A stretch of DNA of 63,683 bases, filler included, from Octopus bimaculoides (lineage: Eukaryota), in assembly GCF_001194135.2 (NCBI RefSeq). It is 5 parts of 5 records of this genome, joined end to end, with 100 filler letters (N's around TTAATTAATTAA, not from the genome) between each part and the next. Parts side by side here need not be neighbours in the genome. Positions count along the whole stretch, not along the records: positions 38,257 to 55,621 come from NC_068982.1; positions 55,722 to 61,133 come from NC_068989.1; positions 61,234 to 63,683 come from NC_068985.1; 2 more parts are not named here. One strand, 5' to 3'. Positions within the stretch are counted from its first letter, which is position 1; each line of letters begins with the position of its first letter. The notes under the pieces are model-generated. The model searched no databases. It was not told the DNA's origin and was given only the letters and a program-made list of their open reading frames with translations. Shown here piece after piece: positions 51,885 to 63,250 of this stretch. The position numbers and the translations under genes were made by a program.

Positions 51885-52785
51885 GCATGTATATACACAC
51901 AATTACATGTAGGCGTACAGGAGGACAATCGAAACAATAGTGTACACAGTATATTGTGTGGAGATTAATTGTTTGCATTATTTCTCTTATAACTTTGGAA
52001 TGTTTCAGTCTTCAGATACGTGTTTTTAGGAATCTGAGCATATAACGTACATTTTGATGGAAAACAAGAGAGAGAGAGGGGGGGGATAGGGAGAAAAGGA
52101 TATCCGACACAGGCACAGTCTTGATTATAACTCAATTTAGTTGAGAATTATCTGAGGATACACCATACCGTCAAGTATAGCATGAAATCCGGTCGAATAG
52201 CGCAATCACACGCTTCCGGCCGAATAGACAGACTCACACAGACACACACAAATACACACACACACACACATACACACGCACACACACATGCACAGATATA
52301 TGAACATGTATTCGCACAATATATATATATATATATATATATATANNNNNNNNNNNNNNNNNNNNNNNNNNNNNNNNNNNNNNNNNNNNNNNNNNNNNNN
52401 NNNNNNNNNNNNNNNNNNNNNNNNNNNNNNNNNNNNNNNNNNNNNNNNNNNNNNNNNNNNNNNNNNNNNNNNNNNNNNNNNNNNNNNNNNNNNNNNNNNN
52501 NNNNNNNNNNNNNNNNNNNNNNNNNNNNNNNNNNNNNNNNNNNNNNNNNNNNNNNNNNNNNNNNNNNNNNNNNNNNNNNNNNNNNNNNNNNNNNNNNNNN
52601 NNNNNNNNNNNNNNNNNNNNNNNNNNNNNNNNNNNNNNNNNNNNNNNNNNNNNNNNNNNNNNNNNNNNNNNNNNNNNNNNNNNNNNNNNNNNNNNNNNNN
52701 NNNTATATATATATATGGGGTGTGTACATACAAATACATGTATCCATCCATCCATACATACATACACACATACATACATACATAC

Positions 52786-52816
<31 letters not shown>

Positions 52817-52859
52817 CATACATACATAGGTAGCGGGCGATTATAGGTGAGGCGGCAGA

Positions 52860-53480
52860 GAAATCCACCGGTTCTCTCACTTGTCTTCTGGTGGTGACGC
52901 TTTCGAACTGGCAGTCAAGTACCTCACTGGTCTTGGCTGCGTTATCTATGAGAGAGCCATCCTTCTGGAAGAGAGCTCCTATTTTGCAGCGTACTGAGGC
53001 TGTTTATTAAGTCCAATGAAAGAAGGCCTTTGGGTTTGTGTAGATGTCTTTTCTAACTCAGGCTTCTTTGTCTCCTCTCTCCTTCTCATACGATTGTTGT
53101 AGGCTTTTTTTCAATCCCCATCAGTGTTGTTTTTAGGCGGAACCTTTCACTGCTTTTGGGATGTTGCTTGAAGCGATTTGCAGCCTTCGTCTTAGGATTT
53201 CCCTCCCCTTGGAATCCTTTTCTTTTTTGTATTGGCCTTGTGCCGCAGGACATATTTCTGGCATATAGTTCGCATAGCAGACATGAAATATTGCAGTTTC
53301 ATATCAATGTCTGGTGTGGAGCGACACTTCGCCCAGTCATGCATGATGGTCTCTTTTTGGATTGATTTCCGGTCTTCTTTGCGGGTGTTCAGATTCGAGA
53401 GATTTTGCGTGCTTCCTTTAGGCTGTATATCGCTGGCTACTTTTGGTCCATACATGGGTAACTGTATTATGTTGTGAACC
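52860..53480 (-). mobile_element. CR1-like LINE ORF2 inter-domain fragment
   Basis: IEKSLQQSYEKER..KEA...IYTNPKAFF...IGALFQKDG...VLDCQFESV. Confidence 0.75.
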
Positions 53481-54545
53481 GAAATTAATGTCAGTGTCAC
53501 TTTCACATTATGAACGTTATCTATATTGTTTATGAAACAGAGATCCACAAATAATGATCAAGTTCATACCTATATCGAAGTTGCAGAAAGCTTGGGTATT
53601 TGAATGCGATGGGGGTGTATTTCAATAAAATATATCGATTGCACCGAATGAAAGCAACATTTAGGGTTTTTCAGGGTTTTAATTGTTTGTCAAGGGGGTT
53701 TGATTTGAAATGTTTTGTTTTATGTCTTAATTATATAATCTACACTAAATTTGATAAAAGTATGTTTTACGAATAAAACGAGGTCATATTACACCCAGAA
53801 CAAATATATATTACATAAAAATTGACTACCAGTATTTTAGGAATATTTTTTCCTATGTTCATAAAAAATTGTCCCCAAAATAATAGTTACAATTATCAAA
53901 TAGATTATAGATTTCTTATATTTTTCCATAGCTTAACAAATATTTGTATACACACAAAACAACAAATCCCTGTAGAATCTATTGCTATTTTAATTGTGTC
54001 TATAGAATTTGATAGGAAACATACATGAATGCATTGCTCTTCAAATAATGTGCAATATTAAGCTAAAATTGTTCTTTCCGTAATTTTCGAGGGAAAATTA
54101 CTTGTTAACACAGTCAATATAAGAAGGTGGATCATAATATGCTCCCTCCAGTGATGTTATCCTCATAGACGAAAAATCACTTTAGGAAGATTGGTTTTTG
54201 TACCAATTTCATTCAATTTCCTTCTTTAAATTGCATTACCTACCAAACCTTATTCATTGATTTCACTGAATAGTGATACATACATATGAGTACATATACA
54301 TATGTTTCGGGAATATAACCTCGAAAAACAATATACAGGCATATATACATACTTACATACATACATACACATGCACACACACACACANNNNNNNNNNNNN
54401 NNNNNNNNNNNNNNNNNNNNNNNNNNNNNNNNNNNNNNNNNNNNNNNNNNNNNNNNNNNNNNNNNNNNNNNNNNNNNNNNNNNNNNNNNNNNNNNNNNNN
54501 NNNNNNNNNNNNNNNNNNNNNNNNNNNNNNNNNNNNNNNNNNNNN

Positions 54546-54631
<86 letters not shown>

Positions 54632-55399
54632 TGTTTGTATGTATGTATGTATATGCATGTGTTTGCTAAGTCTTTTAAGACACATAGAGCGCAACTCATT
54701 TGCACTGATATCTCTAGGGTATCATTTTAACTGGATGTTATTCGGACAGATAATCATTGTTCCATTTGATTTTCGCCCTGAGATTTCCGTAAATCATTTC
54801 TTCGAAGTGATTTCTTGTGTTATGAGAGGCGGCATTTTGTTATTAAACGGTACGATTTTTCCATCAGATATTTGTTCATGTTTTCTAAACGAAAACCACT
54901 TTTTATTCAATATAAAAATACTAAGGTGAGAAGAAATATCTTGATACTGGTTTGGCAAGTTATTATAAAGAAGTTAGAGGAAATTTGAAGAAAAATATAT
55001 TTGAAAGTTGGATATTAGTTTCAGGTACGGAAATAACTTGATATTAAATATTTCTGATTAGAAATGTAAATGATTCTTTCCGAAAGATATATACTATAAT
55101 CAATTCATATATGATATATAAGCAATGTCATATGTGCATATATTAAATGCAAGAGAGTGGAATCGATATAACTAATGTGAAACTCCAGTGTAATTTGCAA
55201 TATTGAATATACGCATAGATATTGTAAGATTATGTAACGTGTAAAGCTATATGCTGTGCATTCCTCTTAGCTATATAATGAACGTCACGTTTTCTTAGGA
55301 ATACGAGCAAACAGCTTTCACGTCAGATATATCAATGTACAAACATAAGTATCAAGATGAAATACAGCAAACGATTTTAGACGCACCTGCCCAGCAATT

Positions 55400-55480
55400 T
55401 GAGGCGACGGATTAATAGATTCAATCGAACCCATGCCAGTACTTTATTTTATTGACACATTAAAGGATGAAGAGTAAGTA
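55400..55480 (-). mobile_element. SINE family A fragment
   Basis: GTACTTTATTTTATTGAC...AAAGGATGAA is the reverse complement of the family A core. Confidence 0.6.
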
Positions 55481-55520
55481 TATGCGCGCGTGCATATGTT
55501 CGTAAGAGGGGGGGTTGTAC

Positions 55521-55621
55521 TCCCTGAAGAGAAATAAATGAGGACTTCATTTATTTCGAAACATATATGTAGGAATTAAAGGAACTTTCATCGACATGCG
55601 TTTTGCTCCATTTATTATTAT
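55521..55621 (+). ncRNA. Type-I hammerhead ribozyme, sister copy of 4471-4577
   Basis: TCC-CTGAAGA-GAAATAAATGA ggact TCATTTATTTC-GAAAC-ATATAT-GTA-GGA. The following 50 nt match 4558-4607 with one mismatch. Confidence 0.82.
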
Positions 55622-55721
55622 NNNNNNNNNNNNNNNNNNNNNNNNNNNNNNNNNNNNNNNNNNNNTTAATTAATTAANNNNNNNNNNNNNNNNNNNNNNN
55701 NNNNNNNNNNNNNNNNNNNNN
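55622..55721. other. Artificial scaffold join N44-TTAATTAATTAA-N44
   Basis: Same 100-bp layout. Confidence 0.95.
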
Positions 55722-56089
55722 ATTTTCTTTCCCAAAACATTTGAATATCATTTAAAAGAGATTTGGCTACTGTTTCTAAGACATCGTGTGTCTTTCAAAC
55801 CAATGTGACTCCTAAGTTGGCATGTAAACCATTATTGCTTTTCAATAGCTGCAGGTCATCCAATGATAAAAAGGGCTCCATTCGTTTTTATCTTCTAAGT
55901 CTAGGACTATATTATCCAATGTATCGTTCATATTTGCAAAATGGTAGTATTTAAGTCTGACCTGAGATTTGGCTAAACTCTAGAATGTCGCGTGACTACA
56001 TAGTAGCTCTCCCCCTCTCGTTAGCTTATTTATAAAGCAGCTCTTTCTTGTTATGCGTGAGCACACGAATGTGTGTTTATGTGTGTAGG

Positions 56090-56410
56090 TGCAGAATAGG
56101 TAAATGGTTTCCAAGTTCGTTTTGAAACCATGAGGTCTACGTTCGAATCCATCTGTGTAGCTTCTTGAACAAATGTCATTTTCTATAGCCTCAAGTAGGC
56201 CCATATCTTTTAAGTGAAACAAGGTAGACGGAAACTGCATAGAAGCCCATCGGGTGGAATGTTACATACTGTCATATTGATTCTATCTGAGAAGCACGAT
56301 ATGGATAGACATGTCTGTGGAATACTCAGCCACTGTCACGCTAATTCAATGAGCAGGTAATTCAGTTGAACGAACAACTGAATCGTCGACGTCGAACGAC
56401 GGAGAATCAT
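56090..56410 (+). mobile_element. tRNA-derived SINE (family C)
   Basis: B-box CGTTCGAATCC, and GGTAGACGGAAACTG..AGAAGCCC shared with family B, followed by a different tail. Confidence 0.7.
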
Positions 56411-57590
56411 CCTTGTGCATGAGTTTGTGTCGGTGTGCCTATGTGAATTTGTATCGGTTTGGATCATTAGTTTTCAACCATTTTTTATTATCTCTTTCAA
56501 TGCTATCTATTCTGGTGCCCTCACCCCCATAGCCATTCGATGTTTAAAAACTAGTTTTAAAGGTATTTCTTTCAAAATTTCTATTTTGTTTTTCACACGA
56601 TCAAATGTTTCTCACACGTTCAGTCGTATAGGTTTGCAACAGCATTCTCTGAGAGAACATGTTTCAGTGGCCAGAAACACGTTGGACTATGCAAACCACA
56701 AGAGAAAGGAACATAGCTGTTTCTTACAATAAGTACATCTAAATTAAAATTTTTCATAGACCCTTAAAATCCTACTTTGGATCCCCAATTTACTATTTTG
56801 CTTTCGTGGACCCCACCAAATCTTATATGGGCCGCTAGGAATCATTGAGCCCAGGTTGAGTATCACTGGCTTAGTTGGAAGGAAAGAAGAAGGGAGGGAG
56901 AGAGAAAACTTATTCGGTATAACAATCGAAACTGATTAAAATGATTTAAAAAAATGATTAAAACTCTAAAGTACAGACAACCTCTGTACAAATGGAAGTT
57001 CAATGCAGAAGTTGTCAGAAAATATTGTATGTCAACTATACGTTGCAAAGAAAATGTCACCCTCAGCCCTTGGGGAGAACATTCTGAAAACTAAACACAG
57101 TGTTTAGTGCTTTGCAGATGTTTATAAACGTACATGATGTGACTTCGAAAAGCTGTTTTAATCGATTTTAGGCATCTGCTTCATTATTTCCAATTTTGGT
57201 AGTTGTTCAATGTTACTTTATGGTGTAGGCATTTCTAGTTGTGATTTCTAGTTTTCAGGTTTTTATATAAAACTTAAATGCAATTTTACAGATCTTTAGT
57301 GTGTTACTAATCGATTGGATTTTAGAGGAGGTGAGCCAATTTGTCTTGTCACTCCTTGGAAAACTCCAATATTTGAAGGTCTTTATGTAAATCTGGTGTT
57401 ACGTTGACAAGTACACCTACAAAAATATGTGCAAATAAAAATTTATTGTTGGTATACCAGAGCTGTAGGTTTCGCATTAATTGAATATAAACGTTCACTA
57501 TAGATGTTCGCTTTCTTTTCTTCAACAACAGATTCACATTAGCTGGACTGCATACATATGAATAACTTACACACACACACACACACACAC

Positions 57591-57638
<48 letters not shown>

Positions 57639-57807
57639 CGTTGACCCCTGAGATCGCAGNNNNNNNNNNNNNNNNNNNNNNNNNNNNNNNNNNNNNNNNN
57701 NNNNNNNNNNNNNNNNNNNNNNNNNNNNNNNNNNNNNNNNNNNNNNNNNNNNNNNNNNNNNNNNNNNNNNNNNNNNNNNNNNNNNNNNNNNNNNNNNNNN
57801 NNNNNNN

Positions 57808-57842
<35 letters not shown>

Positions 57843-57904
57843 GTGAGAGAGTTGGTATGTGAAAGCACGTGGTTGGATGCATAAAAAACAAAATAGAATG
57901 AAAA

Positions 57905-60206
57905 AACTACAGAAGATTTGTATTATATGGTTAAAAATATATTAAAATCGTCATGTTAGGAAAATGATATAAAATTTTATGTATAGTGACATTGTTTTTG
58001 GAGAAATAACCGGTTTCGCATTTTCTTTTCAAATTTCACAAATTTCTTTACCGATGTTGTGTCATCTTTTCGTTATAGTGTGATGTAGAAGACTTCGAAA
58101 CAGCGGGAGGTAATCAGGGATTTTTTCGGTATAAGGGAGATAATAAAAAATGCTGGGAATGATTAGGTTTTGTTAATTTAACATGATTTGGTTTTGATAG
58201 AATAAAATGTTAGAAATGGTTAAGTTTTGGTTTATATTTTTCAATGAGATAAGTTACTTTATTTAATCTAACTTAGGTTGGTGTTCCAATAGCACATTGA
58301 TAGAATGGAAAGATTACAAATTGTGGTAGCAGTTGTTTTGCGCATCTGGCAATGTGTTCACTAAAGGGTATCATTCTGTATTCTGGGAATGCGGTGTAGA
58401 GTACATCTGCGTCTGAGTGATAATCTTGTGGACCCTATGTAATTATGGTGGGAGCCCGAGCATCTTATAACATAAATCAAGTTTTCCGAGGCACAAGTAA
58501 AGTCAGATTTGATTTCGAATTTTTGTAAAGAATTCTAATCCTTCTAGAAGGATGGGGCATTTTGCGCGATTTGGTCGACCACATTTTTTCACTTTTGCAT
58601 CCGTTATTTTAGAAAATAATTTTGCCTTTGTGAGCTCTTTTTTAGTGACTTCGGTTGTTTGTAGTTTTTAATGATCTTATGTGTGTGTGAAATTTCCTTT
58701 AATTTGGGGTCATTACGTAGCATTGGTAGATTTTGGATGATGATGGTGAAGGCCTCTTTGTTTCTGGGGTCTTAAGTGGATATGTACGGCAGTATTTTCG
58801 GGGAGGGTATGTTGCTGTGTTGTACTTTTCTTAAAGATTTTATGTCGATTTGTGTTGTTGCACATCTGATTCCATCCTCTGTGAGTTGGACTGGGTAGTA
58901 TCTGTCAATGAGGGTATTTTTGAGTTCTTGCAGTCTCAAGTCTCTGGTATTTTTTTCTGACACTATGGTGCATATCCTTCTTGCAAGGTTGAATGAGATG
59001 TTTGTTTTGGTGTGTCTTGGGTGGCAGGAATTAAATAGTATATATTGTTTGGCGTCTGTGGTTTTGTAAAATATGTCCGTTTCTATTTTCAGGTTTATTT
59101 TTTTAACTAATATATCCAAGAATGGGAGCTCCTCTTGGTTGTATTCCATCGTGAATTGTATGTTAGGGTTGACGCTGTTCAATAGTCTTTTGAATTCCAG
59201 GAGTTTTGTTTCGTAGGATGAATTCAATTGATTCAATTATGAACTCTTTGCTAATCCTTTCCGGTATTTCTTCCAGATATTGGTCTAGCCATAACTGAAT
59301 TGCCTCTAGTCCATAATTATGAGGTATACTGGTATATAAATTAATCGCATCAAATAAAACCATGAGTGTTTCTTCCTTGACTTTTTGGGGGAGGTGATTA
59401 AACATATCCAAGTCATCTATTGATGTGTTTAAGTAAGAGTTTCAGCAGGATGTCCATAAATAGACTTAGTCTGTGTGTTTCACAGGCTGGGTCAGCTATA
59501 ATGGGTCACAATTTTAGGTGCCCTGGGTTTGGTGTATGTATGTATGTCTTTGGTGATTTTTTTATGGTTTCATTTATAATCTGACCGTTGTGGATTTTTT
59601 GTAGACCGTAGAATAGGCTTGGTTTGCATTTAAACTTTGTTAAATAGTCAATTTCTTTGGTCGTCAGTTCTTTTCCATGAGTTTTAATTAGTGAGGATAG
59701 GGTTTTCATTATTTTTTTGGGGGCGGGGTGTGTAGTTTGTGATTCTTTCGTAATGTTAACTTTCATTAAGCATGAAGATTACTACCACCGCACTTCCTTT
59801 ATCTGCTTCCTTAATCGTTATATCTTCATTATTTTGAAGTTCTGTTAGTTCCTTCCATTGTGTAATGTTAAAGTTTGAGGTAATTTTCTGTTTATGCATG
59901 GTGTGGTAAAGAAAGTTCTCTATGTGGTTTCAGAATTCATCAAGATTTTTATTTCTTCCTTTGTGGGGGATGTTTACTTTTGTTTTTGACTAGTGAGTCA
60001 TCTTCAGTATTGTAATTGGTTAATGCTTCTGTGAGTCTTAATTTTCTACAGAATTCTATTATACTGTTCTTCACTTCATTGAAAAGAAAATGCTTAACTG
60101 GTTATTTCTCCAAAAACAATGTCACTACACATAAAATTTTATATCATTTTCTTAACATGACGATTTTAATATATTTTTAACCATATAATACAAATCTTCT
60201 GTAGTT
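57905..60206 (-). mobile_element. Penelope/Poseidon-type PLE with RT-core deletion and inverted terminal copy
   Basis: IKEADKG, FYGLQKIH, PII...ETHRLS, FDAINLYTSIPH, LPFLD, NSCHPRH, HNYIGST. 128-bp inverted repeats at 57905-58032 and 60079-60206. Confidence 0.93.
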
Positions 60207-60596
60207 ATATATATATATATATATATATATATAATCCGCCACCCACGATACAGACACATACAGGTCAGTGAACACATAGAAAGGTGTGCTAGGAACCTTA
60301 ACCCTAATTTCCTAATTTTTCCCTTCTATCACTGTTCACAGAACACCCCAGTACAGCAAAGAATGAATAAAGAGGTAACTTTCATTAATAAATTTCTTCC
60401 ACAACTCAATATGAACACATAACATAATACAGAATACTACTAATCTTTCAATTAATACCACCCATACATCCCATACACCGTTCCCATTGCAGTATTATAT
60501 TTACCCTAATTGCACCAAATCCAGAACTACTTACCTCCCTTACACATAATCTTTTTACTCAGGGACTAATAGACTCGACATCGTTTGGTAATCGGT

Positions 60597-60650
60597 GAGA
60601 TTCAAAGCAGTGAACATTAATTTTACGAAACCGGTATGCCTTTGAATCTC
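60597..60650 (+). ncRNA. Hammerhead-like motif with reversed G3:C8 core pair
   Basis: 13-bp stem I with one bulge, GTGAACA core, weak stem II, GAAAC-CG-GTA. Confidence 0.55.
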
Positions 60651-60840
60651 TTTAATAATTCACAATAATGACTTTTATTACTTTTATTCCCACCTCAGTT
60701 CATCTAATTGTATATATCAATCGTTACTTTTCATAAAGAGCCTTTACATTTTTCGATTTCTAATGTGCATTTTCGCTTTTTTTCTTCTTACTTTCCCCTT
60801 ATATTCCCATGTGTACTTTCTATTTTCTTTTTGTAACGTA

Positions 60841-60847
<7 letters not shown>

Positions 60848-60889
<42 letters not shown>

Positions 60890-60898
60890 TATATACAC

Positions 60899-60931
<33 letters not shown>

Positions 60932-60975
60932 CATACATACATACATACATACATACATACATACATACATACACC
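60848..60975. repeat. Compound (TA)n(GATA)n(CATA)n microsatellite
   Basis: Directly visible. Confidence 0.97.
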
Positions 60976-61133
60976 AACTTAAAGACAGAAGATGGAATAT
61001 ACGAGAATTTACTAATCACGACAATGTATATACATATGTATGCATGATTGTATGTATGTATGTATGTATGTATGTATATATGTATACATTTGAATTCATG
61101 TTGTGGTCAAGTGTAAGTCGATAGTCATACACA

Positions 61134-61233
61134 NNNNNNNNNNNNNNNNNNNNNNNNNNNNNNNNNNNNNNNNNNNNTTAATTAATTAANNNNNNNNNNN
61201 NNNNNNNNNNNNNNNNNNNNNNNNNNNNNNNNN
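61134..61233. other. Artificial scaffold join N44-TTAATTAATTAA-N44
   Basis: Same 100-bp layout. Confidence 0.95.
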
Positions 61234-61573
61234 AAAATGAACACTAAAGATATTTTGTACTCAATGAACTTTGCTCTCTTTCTCTCTCTGTCTCCCTCTC
61301 TCTCTATCTCTGTCTTCACCTCTCAGTCTCTATCTCTCTGCTTCTGTCTCACTCTCCCTCTGTCTCTCTCCCTCCCTTTCTCCCCCTCTCACTCCCTGTC
61401 TCTCACTCCCTCTTCGTCACTTTGTCTCTCCCTCCCTCTCCGTCTCTTTGTCTCTCCCTCCCTCTCTGTCTCTCTCACAGCTGTAATGTTGATGCTGCTA
61501 TCCTGTAACTCAAAGTCAGCTTTACTTACACAGAGTATGAGTTATTTTAGCATAAAACCGTTTTGGCGTCGCA

Positions 61574-61615
61574 GATGTGACGTCGCTGATGTGACGTCGC
61601 TGATGTGGCGTCGCC
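61574..61615 (+). repeat. 14-bp tandem repeat x3 (GATGTGACGTCGCT)
   Basis: Two exact units and one variant. Confidence 0.9.
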
Positions 61616-62229
61616 GTTTTTTGCGTCACTGATTCTACGATGACTTATTTGACGTCAGACGTTTTCATGCTTCTCTTCCCCTTCCTCCCCTCTTTCTGTC
61701 TGCATGTCTGTTTGTCTGTCTCTCTGTTTGCTATGCAAAGAAATTTTTTCTCATGTGTATGAGGGGAGGAAATGTCTTTATGTCAATAGCGTTCAGTTGA
61801 TAAATGTTTTTCTCCCTCCCCCCTCTCTCTAGCCGCCTCTGTTTCTTTTATGTGCGCAGGCATATTTCTCCGTAAAATGCATGAGAAGAAAAGTGTTTCT
61901 GTCAGTGGTGTTCAGTCAATAAAATGTAATGTCTGTCTCCCTTCTCCTTTCTCTCTTTCTCTCGCTCTCCCCCTCTCTCTATTTTACTTGTGCGAGCATA
62001 TTTCTCTTTGTGTGTATAAGAAGAAGGTAAGTGTTTACGTCAATAGTATCCAATTAATAAATTATAGTGTTTCTTTCTCTTTCTCCTTCACACTATTTTT
62101 AAATATTTCTGGGAACGCGTGAGAACGTGCTTGCGCGCGCGCGTGGCTGTGTGCGAATATGCGAGTGTATTAGCCTCCATTGCCAAAACGTAGTCAAACA
62201 AATTAGTGTTACTGTCCAGTCAGCCGTGC

Positions 62230-62430
62230 CAAATCCACAGCGTCCAAACAGCAGCGCCCAGTTGACTCATTCCAACTTAAGCAGTCTTATAGCATGATAG
62301 GTACGTGGACGAGTATCTTAGTGTATTCGAATCACAGATCCAGCCCTCCGGATGTCACATGCATCGTTGTAGACTGCAATGTCTTTTCCATCATGCGATG
62401 AATATGCCTCATGTAGACAAGCCTTAGAGA
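62230..62430 (-). mobile_element. Possible RTE-like LINE 3' end remnant
   Basis: LRLVYMRHIHRM resembles the RLRWxGHVxRM motif; the rest is very degraded. Confidence 0.35.
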
Positions 62431-63126
62431 TAAAAATGTATTGAAGTAACAACAGTAGGTTTCTGAAATTTTTATTGTTGTTCATTCACAAATAATTTGT
62501 AAGTAGATGCATGATCAAAGACATTCCAGCTGTGCCCATTCCGCAGGACCTCGTTAATCAATGTGTCCTTTCTTACTAAGGCGGTACGAAAGAATTTGCG
62601 TGAGATGTGGATCGAGAGATTGCGTAGATATTTCATGTTGTTATTGCTGTTGTTGCTGTTCTGAACAAGGTATACATTTATGTTGCGACCTTCCCGTCAT
62701 GCCCTACTGTGATGTACTCCCACAACCACGTTATGCACTGTAGGGTCTCCGAGAGAAATATTTCAGAGCAGAACAAATATACTGTCTGGCTCTTTCTCGG
62801 AAGGGGATGGAGCTTTCTCCCACCCCATCAGTAATTCACAGATCTCCGAGTTCTCCTTAGCTTTTCGGACCCCAGAGAAATGGATCGGCTGAACCCCACT
62901 CTCATAGGCCCCAATACACTGATTACTTCGTATTTCAATTTGGCAGGATACAGTTTCGGTGAGATTTGGCTTTCATTTCTAGCAAGTCAAGCGGATATGT
63001 GGAGGTTTCATTGTTGGCTAATCGATCTGTATTGATCTACATGCCGATTAGTATAGACTGGCATTTTATCCTGTTGTTCATACTATTGTAGATATTTGTA
63101 AGTCAATTTCGATTAATTAATAATGT

Positions 63127-63250
63127 CTAGTACTTTATTTTATCGATCCCCATAGGATGAAAAGCAAAGCTGACCTCGGGGTGCTTTGAACTCAGAATGC
63201 AATGTTCCGGAAGAATTATCGCAAAGTACTTTGTCCTACGCTCTAACGAT
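63127..63250 (-). mobile_element. SINE family A (diverged)
   Basis: GTACTTTATTTTATCGATCCCC..AGGATGAAAAGCAAAG..GACCTCGG and TTTGAACTCAGAA. Confidence 0.8.

Noticed and set aside
54290-54330. Minus-strand GG..CC-GAAAC-ATAT-GTA
   Set aside because: The CUGANGA half is unrecognisable (TTTTCGA) and stem I does not form; at most a remnant.
56848-56868. hAT-like TIR (CAGTGATACTCAACCTGGG on minus)
   Set aside because: Only one end is seen, with no partner TIR or 8-bp TSD.
1020-57891. Dozens of long ORFs in the supplied track (X-runs; YI, HT, CV, LS and ER repeats)
   Set aside because: They read through N gaps and dinucleotide microsatellites and are not proteins.
58000-58050. HHR-like GAAACCGGTT with AGAAAT/ATTTCT stem in the PLE 3' repeat
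   Set aside because: The core (TTGTGAA) and stem II are too degenerate to call, and the inverted copy has lost GAAAC.
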